Positions 22,083 to 35,038 of a DNA stretch of 48,227 bases are shown piece by piece. Both the position numbers and the translations under genes were made by a program. Source of the DNA: Chiloscyllium plagiosum. Lineage: Eukaryota. Numbering within the stretch: the first letter of the stretch is position 1; each line of letters begins with the position of its first letter. The DNA is taken from the NCBI RefSeq assembly GCF_004010195.1, contig NC_057751.1, positions 739,045-787,271 on the forward strand, read 5' to 3'. The notes beneath the pieces are model-generated. The model was not told where the DNA came from and made no database searches. It was given only the letters and a program-made list of their open reading frames with translations.

Positions 22083-24303
22083 AAGAACAAAGAATAGAGA
22101 GAAGTACAGCAAAGGAGCAGGCCCTTCAGCCCTCCAAGTCTGTGACGATCACCAAGCCCTAACTAAGCTAAAAGATTGGGTCTGTATTCCCTCCTGATTC
22201 ATGTAACCATCCAGATGCCTCTTCAATGTCACTAATGTATCTGCTTCCATTACCTCTTCTGGCAGTGTGTTCCAGACACTTGCCACTCTCTGCGTGAAAA
22301 ACTTCCCTCGCACATCTCCCTTAAACATTCCACCTCTCACCTTGAACTTCTGCCCCCTTGTAATTGAAACTTAAACCCTGGGAAAAAGCCTCTGACTATT
22401 CACCCCATCTAGGCCTTTCATAGCTCTGTAGACCTTTAACAGGTCTCCTCTCAGCCGCTATCTTTCCAGTGAACACAATCCTCATCTGTTTCATCCTTCC
22501 TCAAACCCAATGTCCTCGAGAAGGCAACATCCTGGTGAACCTTCTCTATACTCTCTCCAAAGCTTCCACATCTGTCTTGTTGTGTGGTGACCAAATACTC
22601 CAAATGCAGCCTCATAGGGTTTTATATAGCCGCAGGAGAAAGCGAGGACTGCAGATGCTGGAGATCAGATCCTCATTGCTGATGAAGGGCTTATGCCAAA
22701 AACATCAACTCTCCTACCCCTCAGATGCTGCCTGACCTTTATATCACTGCAACATGGTTTGCCAACTCTTGTACTCTATGCCCTGGCCGATGAAGGCAAG
22801 CATGCTGTCTGCTTTCGTCATCACCTTGGCCACTGTGTTGCCACTTTTAGGGAACCATGGACCTGCATGCCCAGGTCCGTCTGCATATTCATGTTCCCAA
22901 GGGTTCTGCCATTTACAGGAGAATTCAAACTTCAATTTGATCATCCAAACTGCATCATCTTGCATTTGTCTGGATTAAACTCCATCTGCCATTTCTGTGC
23001 CCAAGTTGCCAATCTATATCCTTTTGTATCCTTTCACAATCATCGGCACTATTAGCAACTCCACCAATCTTCGTGTCATCTGAAAATTTATGAATCAGAC
23101 ACTCACATTTTCCTTCAGATAATTTCTATACACAACAAACAACAAGGACCGAAAACTGACCCCTGTGGAACACCACCAAGTACCGGTCTCCATTGTGAAA
23201 GACACCCTTCCACCGGTACCCTCTGTCTTCTGTGACCAAGCCAATTTTGTTTCCATCTAGCCAGACCACCCTGAATCCCATGTGACTTTAGTTTCTGTAA
23301 CAATCTGCCACATGGGATTTTATCAAATACCTTACTAAAGTCCATATAAATTATATCCACAGCCCTTCCCTCATCAATTATCTTTGTCACCACTTCAAAA
23401 AAATTCAATCAGGTTGGTTACTCATACAAAACCATGCTGTCTGTCACTAACTAGTCCAATTTCTTCCATATGTGCACATATCTTGTCCCTCAGTATCTTC
23501 TCCTAGAGCTTCCCCACCACCGACATCAGATTCAGTGGCCTACAATTTCCTGGATTATCTCTGCTTCCTTTCTTAAACAACAGAACAACATTGGCTAATC
23601 TCCAGTCCTCTGGAACCTCACCTGTTGTCAATGAAGATGTGAAGATGCCTGCTAATGTCCCAGTTATTTCTTCCCTTGCCTCTCGCAGTAACTTGGGACA
23701 GATCCCAACTGGCCCAAGGGACTTGTTTACCTTAATGTAATTTAGGACATCCAAAAGTTCTTTCATCAATATATTGACATTTCTAGAGTATTCATCCCTG
23801 ATCTCAATATCAGTCATGACCTTCTCTCTTTGGTGAATACTGATGTAAAGTACTTCTTAAGGATCTCTCACACTTTTGCTCTGGCTCCACACATTACTTC
23901 CTTCCTTTGTCCCTGAGTGGGCCTAGTTTTTCCCTTGCTACCTTCTTTCTTCTAATATAGGCATTAAAAAAATTGAGATTCTCCTTGAACCTGTTTGCTA
24001 AAGATATTTCATGGCCCCTTTTAGCCTTCCAAATTCCATGTTTAAGCTCCTTTCTAATTTCTCTAGACCCCACAAGGGCATAATCAGTTTGTAGGTGCCG
24101 AGACCTAGTGTCGGCTTCCTTTTTCCTTTTGACTCAAGCTTACAATTTCCCTTGTCATCCGTAGTTCCTGAAGTCTGCTATCCCTATCTTCACGTTTTGC
24201 AGAGACATACATGTCCTGCTCTTTAATCAACTGGCATTTAAAAGCCTCCCACATGCCAGACATAGATTTACCCTCCAATAATTGCTCTCAATCTACAGTC
24301 CCC
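22083..24303 (-). mobile_element. CR1 LINE ORF2 remnant with 3' tail
   Basis: FFTQRVASVWNTLPEE, DFSKVFDKIP, GVPQGSV, VPEDWRLANVV. Confidence 0.9.
22635..22737. mobile_element. Miniature inverted Penelope-derived insert within CR1
   Basis: Reverse tail ggagaaagcgaggactgcagatgctggagatcaga then ctgatgaagggcttatgccaaaaac; flanks tttatatagccgca/tttatatcactgca (11/14, TSD-like). Confidence 0.7.
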
Positions 24304-24341
24304 ATGAAATCTGTGTTGATCTGCAAAGGCATGGTGAAATA

Positions 24342-25872
24342 TAGAGTCATAGAGATGTACAGCACGGAAACAGACCCTTCGGTCCAACCCATCCATGCCA
24401 ATCAGATATCCCAAACCAATCTAGTCCCACCTGCCAGCACCCGGCCCATATCCCTCCTATTCATATACCCATCCAGATGTCTTTTAAATGTTGTAATTGT
24501 ACCAGCCTCCACTACTTCCTCTGGCAGCTCATTCCATACCCGTACCACTTTCTGTGTGAAAACTTGGCCCCTTAGGTCCCTTTTATATCTTTCCCCTCTC
24601 ACCCTAAACCTATGCCCTCTAGTTTCTGGACTCCCTGACCCCAGAGGAAAGACCTTGCCAATTATCCTATCCATGCCCCTCATAATTTTGTAAACCTCTA
24701 TAAGGTCACCCCTCAGCCTCCGACACTTCAGGGAAAACAGCCCCAGCCTGTTCAGCCTCTCCCTGTAGCTCAAATCCTTCAACCCTGGCAACATCCTTGT
24801 AAATCTTTTCTGAACCCTTTCAAGTTTCACAACATCTTTCTGATAGGAAGGAGACCAAAATTGCACGCAATATTCCAATCGCCTAACCCCCGTCTGATCA
24901 AGATCTTGTTGTAATCTGAGGTACTCCTCTTCACTGTCCACTACACCTCCAATTTTGGTGTCATTGGCAAACTTACTAACTGTACCTCTTATGCTCACAT
25001 CCAAATCATTTATGTAAATGACAAAAAGTAGAGGACCCAGCCCCGATCCTTGTGGCACTCCACTGGGCACAGGCCACCAGTCTGAAAAGCAACCCTCCAC
25101 CACCACCCTCTGTCTTCTACCTTTGAGCCAGTTCTGTATCCAAATGACTAGTTCTCCCTGTATTCCATGAGATCTAATCTTGCTAATCAGTCTCCCATGG
25201 GGAACCTTGTCGAATGTCTTACTGACGTCCATATAGATCACATCTACTGCTCTGCCCTCATCAATCCTCTTTGTTACTTCTTCAAAAAACTCAATCAAGT
25301 TTGTGAGACATGATTTCCCACGCACAAAGCCATGTTGACTATCCCTAATCAGTCCTTGCCTTTCCAAATACATGTATATCCTGTCCCTCAAGATTCCCTC
25401 CAACAACTTGCCCACACCGAGTTCAGGCTCACTGGTCTACAGTTCCCTGGCTTGTCCTTACCACCCTTAAACAGTGGCGCCACGTTTGCCAACCTCCAGT
25501 CTTCCGGCACCTCATCCGTGACTATCGATGATACAAATATCTCAGCAAGAGGCCCAGCAATCACTTCTCTAACTTCCCACAGAGTTCTCGGGTACACCTG
25601 ATCAGGTCCTGGGGATTTATTCACTTTTAACCGTTTCAAGACATCTAACACTTCCTCCTCTGTAATCTTGACATTTTGCAAAATGTCACAATCTATTATC
25701 CTACAGTCCATATCTTCCATATCCTTTTCCACAGTAAATACTGATGCAAAATACTCATTTAGTATCTCCCCCATTTTCTGTAGCACCACACAAAGGCTAC
25801 CTTGCTGATCTTTGAGGGGCCCTATTCTCTTCCTAGTTACCCTTTGTCCTTAATGTATTTGTAAAAACCCTT
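24342..25872 (-). mobile_element. CR1 LINE RT region with internal deletion
   Basis: 337-aa frame with QHGFVRGKSCLTNL, GVPQGS, KFANDTK; atagagtcatagag tail. Confidence 0.92.
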
Positions 25873-26055
25873 TGGAGTAGATACAGGTACAGTTAGAACA
25901 CTTAAAAGACATTTGGACAGGTACATGAAAAGGAAAGGTTTAGAAGGATATGGACCAAACACAGGCAAGTGGAACTTGTTTAGTTTGGGAAACGTGGTCA
26001 GCATAGATGAGTAGGACTGAAGGGTCTGTTTCCATGCTGTCTGACTCTATGACTA
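25873..26055 (+). mobile_element. CR1 3'-end fragment
   Basis: ggactgaagggtctgtttccatgctgtctgactctatgact. Confidence 0.8.
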
Positions 26056-26188
26056 TGTTTATCTCAAGAGAAGAAACATGTAATACACACAAGTGCAAGA
26101 AATATATTGGGATCTCACTGTCAATGAAAGTAAAGCCACTGAAATTTGGCAAGAAACCATCCATCTATCATTAGTGTTATTGTCCTCA

Positions 26189-26389
26189 TGAGAAATAATG
26201 TTCATCCCAAGATAAAATTACTTGTTCAGAACACATTAACACTAATTAAAAGAAAGCCAATTTGTGGGCGGCACGGTGGCACAGTGGTTAGCACTGCTGC
26301 CTTACAGCGCCTGAGTGAGAAATAATGTTCATCCCAAGATAAAATTACTTGTTCAGAACACATTAACACTAATTAAAAGAAAGCCAATT
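26189..26389 (+). repeat. Perfect 74-bp direct repeat flanking a 53-bp HE1 SINE head
   Basis: 26189-26262 = 26316-26389; insert tgtgggcggcacggtggcacagtggttagcactgctgccttacagcgcctgag. Confidence 0.92.
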
Positions 26390-26843
26390 CAGGACTGTGC
26401 AAAGCAGAGTTAAAACTGACAGTCAGACATGGAAATATTTGCATGAAGAATTGTCTGTGGAGTGGATTGCCTCTTTGAAAGGATGATATTGTGCAAAATT
26501 AGCACCATGGAAATTCTTCATTTTGTAAAAGAGCTCAACTGTATCTTATGCCCTTTCAGAAAAGTTACCTGCCAATCCTTGAGCAATCTGGGCCTGTCCA
26601 AGACTCCAATTTTGCATCTACATAACTGACTCTGACTAGTTCTGTGAAGGAGCCGAACAAGTCACTGAGATGTACCGAAGACTACCACGGATGAGGTAAG
26701 AGTCACAACACCACGTTCTCAGGGCAACTTGGATGAAACAATAAATGTTGACATTGTCAGCAGTCCTTGCGTTACAAGAATTAGATTTTAAAAAAACATA
26801 TTTACCTAAAATTGCTGACAGAACATTTCATATTCCAGCTTTT

Positions 26844-29800
26844 AGAACACAGAACACAGAACAGGATAGTGCAGTAGAGGCCTTTCGGCCCTTGATGTTG
26901 TGATGACCTTTTATCCTATTCTAAGATCAGACTAACCTACATAGCCTTCAATTTATTATCATCCATGTGACTATCCAAGAGTCACTTAAATGTTCCTAAT
27001 ATGTCTGACTCTGCTATCACCGCTGGCAGTGCATTCCATGCAGACACCTGTGTGTAAAGAACTAACCTCTGACATCTCCCCTGAACTTCCCTCCAATCAC
27101 CTTAAAATTTTTGCCCCCTTGGGATCGCCATTTCTGCTCTGGGAAGATGTCCCTGACTATTCACTCTATCTATGCCCCTCATCATCTTGTGCACCTCGAT
27201 TGAGTCACTTCTCATCTTTGTTCACTCCAATGAGAAACGCCCTAGCTCCCTCAACCTTTCTTCAAAAGACATGCTCTCTGGTCCAGACAGCACCCTCTCT
27301 AAAGCTTCCACATCCTTCCTATAATGAGGCAACCAGACCTGAACACAATATTTCAAGCGTGGCCCAACCAGGGCTCTTGGAGCTGCAGCATAACCTCATG
27401 GCTCTTAAACTCAATCACTCTGCTAATGAAAGCTAACACACCATACGCCTTCTTAACAACCCTATCAACTTGAGTGGCAACTTTGTGGGATCTACGGACA
27501 TGGAGCCCAAGATTCCTCTGTTCTTCTACACTGCCAAGAATCCTGCCTTTAACCCTGTATTCTCCATTCAAATTTGATCTTCCAAAATGAATCACTTCAC
27601 ACTTTTTCAGGTTGAACCCCATCTGCCACTTATCAAGCCAGTTCTGCATCCTGTCAATGTCCCGTTGCAACCTACAACAGCCCTCGACACTATCCACCAC
27701 TCCACCAATCTTGGTGTCATTGGCAAACTTACTAACCCAACCTTCCACTTCCTCATCCAAGTTAGTTGTAAAAATCACAAAGAGCAGAGGTCCCAGAACA
27801 GATCCCTGTGGAACACCACTGGTCACTGAGCTCCAGACTGAATACTTTCCACCTACTACCACCCTCTGTCTTCCATGTATCCAGACAGCCAAATTTTCAT
27901 GTACCCCACATCTCCTTACTTTCTGAATAAGCCTACCATGGGGAACCTTATCACACACCTTGCTAAAATCCATGTACATTACAGCCACTGCTTTACCTTC
28001 ATCATTGTGTTTTGTCACATCCACACAGACTTCAGTAAGGCTTCTAAGGCAGCACCTGCCCCTCACAAAGCCATGCTGACTACCTCAAATCAAGCTATGG
28101 TTTTCCAAGCAATAACAAATCCTGTATCTCAGAATCCTCTCCAATAATGCCAACCAAGGGCTTTTGCCCAAAACGTCGATTTTCCTGCTTCTCAGATGCT
28201 GCCTGACCTTCTGTGCTTTTCCAGCACAGACATAAGACTGACTGGTCTGTAATTCCCTATTCCATTCCCTTTCTTGAATAAAGGAATAACATTTGCCACC
28301 CTCCAATCATCTGGCACTACTCCAGTGGATAAAGATCATTGCCACAGGCGCAGCAATCTCTTCCCTCATTTCCTGGGTACATCCCATCTGGCCCAGGGGA
28401 CTTATCTAGCCTCATGTTTTTCAAAATTTCCAACACATCCTCCTTCTTCACATCAATTTGTTTGAGCGTATCAGCCTGTTTCACACTGTCCTCACAAGCA
28501 ACAAGGTCCCTCTCAGTAGTGAATACTGAAGCAAAATATTCCTCAAGGACCTCCGTTACCTTCTCTGACTCCAGGCGCTGTTCCTGCCTAATAGCATTGT
28601 AATTCCCCCACCACAATTACATACTTTCCCATACTGTCTTCTCCTATGCCTCTCCATGATTATAGTAAGGGTCAGGGAGTTGTGACCACTATCACTGAAA
28701 TGCTCTCTCACCGAGAGATCTGACACCTGACCTGGTTTGTTGTCAAGCACCAAATCCAATAATGGCCTCCCCTCTCGTCGGCCTACCTACATATTGAGTC
28801 AGGAGCCCTTCCTAGACACACCTGACAAGAACTGCTCCATCCAAAGTATTTGAACTAAGGAGGTTCCAATCGATATTAGGAAAGTGGGACATAACAACAA
28901 CCCTGTTATTTCTGCACCTTTCCAAAATCTGCCTCCCGATCTGCTCCTCCATGTCTCTGTTGCTATTGAGGATTTATAGAAAACTCCCAGGAAAGTGACA
29001 GCGCCTTTCCTGTTTCTGACTCCCACCCATACTGACTCTGTAGACAAACCCTCCTCGACGACCTCCCTTTCTGCAGTTGTGAAACTATCGCTGATTAGCA
29101 ATGCCACACCCCCACCTCTTTTACCTCCCTCCCTATTCCTTTTGAAACATCTCAATCCTGGAACATCCAACAACCATTCCTGCCCCCTGTAATATCTAAG
29201 TCTCTATAAAGTCTCTAAAATTGACGTACTTTAACCCATCACACTGACTGCAACTTTGCCCAATCACCTGTCTAGCCTTCTTCACAGATTCTCTGCCCCC
29301 TGTATCTGCCTGTTCACCAGCTACCCCATCCTCTGATCCCTAGCTCTGGTTCCCACCACTTCTGCCAAACTAGTTTAAACCCTCCCACAGAGCTCTCGCA
29401 AACCTTCTGCCTCGGATATTGGTGCCCCTCCAGTTCAGGTGCAACCCGTCCTCCTTTTAAAGGTCCCACCTTCTCCAGAAGGTATCCCAATGATGCACGT
29501 ATCTGAAGCCTCCCTGCTACACCAACTCTGCAGCCTCGTGTTCAGCTGCACTCGCTCTCTGTTCCTAGCCTGACTAGCGCATGGCACCAGTAGTAATCCT
29601 GAGATTACTACTCTGTTCGTCCTGCCTTCTAGCTTCCAACCTAACTCCCTATATTGACTTTTCAAGTCCCCACCCCTTTTCTGAGCAATGTCATTGGTAA
29701 CGATGTGTACCACGACTTCTGGCTGCTCCCCCTCCCCCTTAAGAAGCGTATAGGCTCGATCTGAGCCATTCCTGACCTGACACACAAGAGGCAACATACC

Positions 29801-29965
29801 TGCCAGGAGTCTCGTTCATGACCACAGAACCTCCTGTCTGTTCCCCTCACCATTGAATCTCCTATCACTATTGCTCTCTTACTTTCCCCATTTCCCTTCT
29901 GAGCCACAGAACCAGGCTCAGTGCCAGAGACCTGACCACTGTGGTTTTCCCCTGGTAGGTCTACC
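26844..29965 (-). mobile_element. Long CR1 LINE (ORF1 esterase, endonuclease, RT, 3' tail), degenerate
   Basis: IVIGDSMVRGTDRRFCG, VVVHIVTND, KRGGGVALLI, GVPQGSVLGPLLF, KFANDTK; (agaacac)n tail. Confidence 0.92.
28156..28227 (+). mobile_element. Short Penelope-derived insert within CR1
   Basis: aagggcttttgcccaaaacgtcgattttcctgct..gatgctgcctgacc..ttttccagcac. Confidence 0.7.
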
Positions 29966-30912
29966 ACATGGATTAATTCCTCTTAATTCTGAAGTCTTTT
30001 ACTCTGTATTGCTCCACTTGGAAGTCAGACTTGCTGTAAATAAATGCTGGACAGCAGTGCGAAAAGAATGGGATTAATTGAATGCTTCATTGACATCATT
30101 CACACAATGGTTCAACTGGCCGTTGTCCCGTAAGATCCTTTATTTTGAAGCTTCTTTATGATTTACGCGGATGGAGCTGATAAATGACATGCAACCAAAA
30201 GTGACAGAGAAATGAATAACTTTAAAAGTGTTTGTTTGAGTCCCATCTAATTTTGGCGAGATATAACTCATTCAAATTAATTCACTGCTTTCCTCCCTTT
30301 TCAAATCCCTTGGAAATGAGCTGAAGAAGTGAGACAGGAGAAGTTCTGGCAAGCTTTTCCTATTGTTGTGATTCTGCGCACTCTGCATTTCAGAATATAA
30401 ACACCTCTATGCTGTGTTTAATCTGTAAATCTCGGGCTCATGCTGGAGGCTACTGCTTCACAGACAAGCGTAGTAAATAAGAAACACCTGGAGCACATCT
30501 GGATGTAATATTCTTGCTCGCAGTCAAGTCTACCTGATCCTGTACAGCTGGTGATGGCCCATGTACAAACAGGCATACTGTTACAATCAAGTGAAAAGGA
30601 GGAATCAGATCCTTTCCTTTTAAACCCCTCTCTTCTGGTCACAACAATTATTTTTATTTCTGTCTGTCATACTGCTATCATACTACAATTAAATCCTAGT
30701 TCACTAGAAAATGAAGGAACCAACGACTAATGGGTTGTTTAATGAAAGGGGATGAATTGTGTACCCTACTAACCCCAAAAAAGAGTAATAACAATGTGGC
30801 AGCAAACATGTGCACAAACACAGGTGATAAGTTTAAATAGATCTGGTTCACAGATCAGAGTCTGCAAAGTGTCAAATCTAAGACTATAGTTGTTTAATTG
30901 TTAACTGGTATC

Positions 30913-32014
30913 TGGATGTAAGTTTGCTTGCTGAGCTGGGAAGTTTGTTTTCAGACGTTTCATCGCCATACGAGGTAACATCATCAGTGAGCCTCTGGTG
31001 AAGCACTGGTAGTATGGCCTGATTTTTATTGATGGGTTTAGGTTTTGTTGGGATGGTGATGTCATTTCCTGTTCTTTTTCTCAGGGGGCGGTAAATGGGA
31101 TCCAAGTCAATGTGTTTGCGTTCCAGTTGGAATGACACGCTTCTAGGAATTCTCGTGTGTATCTCTGTTTGGCTTGTCCTAGGATGGATGTATTGTCCCA
31201 GTCGAAGTGGTGTCCTTCCTCATCTGTATGTAAGGATACTAGTGAGAGTGGGTTATGTCTTTTTGTGGTTAGTTGATGTTCATGTATCCTGGTGGCTAGT
31301 TTTCTGCCTGGTTGTCCAATGTAGTGTTTGTTACAGTCCTTGCAAGGTATTTTGTAAATGACATTAGTTTTGCTCATTGTCTGTATAGGGTCTTTCATGT
31401 TCATTAGCTACTGGTTTAGTGTGTTGATGGGTTTGTGGGCTGCTGTGATGCCAAGTGGTCTGAATCATTGAATTTGATTACTCAGACCCCTTGGCATCAT
31501 GGTAGCCCACAAACCTATCAACACACTAAAACAGCAGCTAATGAACATGAAAGACCCTATACAGACAATGAGCAAAACTAATGTCATTTACAAAATACCT
31601 TGCAAGGACTGTAACAAACACTACATTGGACAACCAGGCAGAAAACTAGCCACCAGGATACATGAACATCAACTAACCACAAAAAGACATAACCCACTCT
31701 CACTAGTATCCTTACATACAGATGAGGAAGGACACCACTTCGACTGGGACAACACATCCATCCTAGGACAAGCCAAACAGAGACACTCACGTTAATTCCT
31801 AGAAGCGTGTCATTCCAACTGGAATGCTATCAACAAACACATAGACTTGGATCCCATTTACCACCCCCTGAGAAAAAGAACAGGAAATTACATCACTACA
31901 GGAAATGACATCACCACAGACAATCCGTCACCAACCCAAGGAAACCTAAACACATAAATAAATAGCGGGCTATACAACCAGTGCTTCACCGGAGGCTCAC
32001 TGATGATGTTACCT
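30913..32014. mobile_element. Penelope-like element (Poseidon-type GIY-YIG) as a head-to-head palindrome
   Basis: NVIYKIPCKDCNKHYIGQPGRKLATRIHEH on both strands (31081-31404 -, 31499-31795 +); arms meet across an 18-nt spacer 31464-31481. Confidence 0.92.
30951..30990 (-). ncRNA. Minimal type I hammerhead ribozyme motif (helix II partly decayed)
   Basis: UCA-CUGAUGA-U-GUUACC-ucguau-GGCGAU-GAAA-CGUC-UGA. Confidence 0.65.
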
Positions 32015-33319
32015 GACTGATGGAGATGTTTGTAGATAACTGAGTTCTCAGTAAATGGTTATTTACCAGTTTACTTTTTTAACTGGGATGCTATTTTTTG
32101 AGATGAGGAGAGAAACAGTTGGGGGAGAGAAAGAGAAAGCCCAAGTCTTCCAGCCTTGCTTATAAATCAACTTTTCTTCCTCTCTGCTTCTGCCATGCTG
32201 CTCAGAAATAGCTGTAGTTGATGGTGTATGTTTGAGTTTAATGCCATTGTCTTTCCAAGTTGGCCATTAGGCAGTTGAGCTCTTCAATTCCCAGCATTTT
32301 AATTATCACAAAAGTGTAAATTAAAACAGGAAATGATGCTGATGCAGTTGCGTGGTTTATGCATTTTGATAAAAATGGCAATTTCAGTGCAGACAGATTT
32401 ATTTATTTGACATGGGTCTCCTGAAACTTGCCTCAATATATGGTCAGTGGCCCAAAACATCTGAGTCACAAGTGGCTGGACGGCAAGGGAGGTGTATGAA
32501 GCTGGATGGAGCAATTTAGAAAGCATTAGAAATCTGCAGGCAAACTACCTGGGGATTCTAATTAAAAACAAAATAAGAGGAATAACCGACATTGTGACAG
32601 AGTAATTAGTAATAAGTGGGATCAGAAGACAACAGCACGCCTAGAAGTGAACTTACCCACTCAGCTTTGGAAAGGTATCTGGTATCACCATGAGTTCAAA
32701 CTTCAAACACAGCTCCATCCCTCCAATGCCACATGCTCTCTGGCCCCTGTTCCTGCATAATAAACATCAGAGCTTAGTTATAGCTGATATCCTCCCTTGA
32801 CATTGCAGCCAGAGTTCAAAGCAGGATGTGAGCTTGACAGACCTGCAAATCTCTCCTAAATTTCAACAGAACCACATGTAAGAATAAGAGAAATTCTTCC
32901 CAAAAACTGGCCTTATTATTACTGCATGAGTAGTTGTATTTGGACCTTTTCTGAGCAGACCCATGTTCTGCTATCTCCTCTGCAAGCTAATCCCCTCCAG
33001 TATCTTAAAGCAATTACACTGATGAATTCATGAGTTAGTGATTTGTTATGGTAAAAAATGAGATTGTGAGTTTGTAAATCCAAAACAAAATTCCCTGGCA
33101 GCTAATCATTTACCATTACAAATAAGATGAATTAAAAAGTGCTTGAGGTGTTCCAATGTTGTTTTTTTCTCTCACTCTCTATTAGCTCGTTAACAAGAAC
33201 AGAAAGAACTTTAATGATTGATTGAGTTGAGTTTTTTGTGCAGTGTTGTATCTGATCCACTTTCCTGCCAAATAATTAACACAAGCTAATGACTCATATA
33301 CAGAGGAATTGTATGTTGC

Positions 33320-33765
33320 TATCTGTGGCTCAGCGCAAGCATTGGTCCCAGAGTCAGAAAATCATGCATTCAATTCACTGTACCATAGGAAAGGGGCTAT
33401 ATTGAGGGACAGATGCAATATGGGGAAGGGCATGCAATATTCAGGGACCATTGGACTGCAGAAGTTTGCGGGGGTGGGGGTATACTGAAGAGTGGTGCAC
33501 AATAGCAGAAACTTTATCTTGTTCGAAAGGTTAAACCATTCCTTTTTCGGGTGAATATAAGGATCCAACAACTCGAATTGAACAAAAAGGAAGTTGTTCC
33601 CGGTGCACTGGCCAATATGTATCCCTTAACCTCGACCATAATCAGTGCTGCCTTTTGGCATCTTGCAATAGCCATTCATTTGCCCTTGTAGCAGTTCAAT
33701 GACATTAAATCTTTGCTAGTGAGGCACTTTGGCATGTTCCTGAGACTCTACATCAATACAAGTCT
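33320..33765 (+). mobile_element. Highly degenerate Deu-domain SINE
   Basis: ctgtggctcag..gagtcagaa head; cccggtgcactggccaatatgtatccctt body. Confidence 0.45.
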
Positions 33766-34829
33766 TTGTTTCGAAAATTTATGAGACAGGAGATTTCAAA
33801 ACCTTGTCAGTTTAATCAGAAAGACTGCTTTCTTCTTGGACTTCTGTTGAATGAAATCAAAAAGCTTTCATAATGTGATTGACTTGTAATAGTTTACTGC
33901 CTTTATAGGATTAAAGTGTAATCTTTATTTGTTCCTTACTTGTTGAAATGACAGATAGACACAAAGTAACTCCCAGGATTTCAAACATCACCTGTGCAGC
34001 CAGGATTAAAACGAACAGCCTACACGGATGGTGGTGAAAGAGGCCCTTCACAGATTTCTCACATCTGCATTCATCTCACAAGACCACAGTAAACAACCTC
34101 TCTCACATGCTTGCACTTGCCCAGGCCTCTTCAAAGCTGTCAACTAACCCACAGCCATAGCTTTGTCAATCGGCAGGGTCTGTTGATAGAGGCTTTCTCC
34201 AGAAAAGCAGCATGGTGAGGTGGCCATTGTGTTTGCTGAAAGCGATTGCCCCTAGTGATATTCTTAGCTGGGAAAGTGGGTGAGCTAACCCAGAGACCAA
34301 ATAATTCCTTTTCGAGTCTGGTGGTGGTGCTGGCGAGCAGAGAGAAGGAAGCAGCATTTCTTGGAGTAGTTGTGCTCCAAAAGAAAGATGTGCATTTATA
34401 TAGTACCATTTATGACTTCAGGAAGCAGGAAAGAGTTTTCTAGCTAATAAAATTCTTTGAAGTGTCATGGTTGCTTTAATATTACCAGTCCATCCATGCA
34501 CAGCAAGCTTCCATAAATATCATCTGTTTTGTTCAGACTCAAAGGAAAACTTGCTACTAGACTAATTGAGTTGACAATAATGCACAGCTTCTATCAACTC
34601 AACAAATGTTGAGACTCTAAATATTCTGCTTGGCGCCCAGCAAAAGCTTTGCACTAGCCCAACTCGACAGCATGCCTGTCAGAGTCCTGGTAGGGTGCCC
34701 AAGTGGACTCCAATCAATGTGCTCCTCTTTCTGAAGGGCAGTGAAATGATCAGGAACAGATGCTGATGAACAATTTTAAACAAAGCAGTTGTAAACTAAT
34801 CCACCAAATTATCAATAGCAGTAGTGGTC

Positions 34830-35038
34830 ACCCCAATTTCCTGTTCAATGTTCATCTCTCAACCAACATCACAAAGACAAATACCAGCCTGGTCACGATC
34901 ACACTGCTGTCTGTGGTGTCTTGCTGTCCACAAATATGCTGCTGCATTTCTTCTGTTGCAATGGTGACCCGACTCCAAAATGAACTTAATCGGCCATAAA
35001 GTGCTTTGGATGTTTTGAGGTGCTATGGAAATGCAATT
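34830..35038 (+). mobile_element. Deu-SINE/L2-type 3' tail
   Basis: tcaaccaacatcac..ctggtcacgatcacactgctgt..aaagtgctttggatg..aaatgcaa. Confidence 0.5.

Noticed and set aside
24342..26055. Twin-priming inversion of a single CR1
   Set aside because: The plus fragment is a second 3' end clearly divergent from the 3' end of the minus copy, so it is an independent insertion
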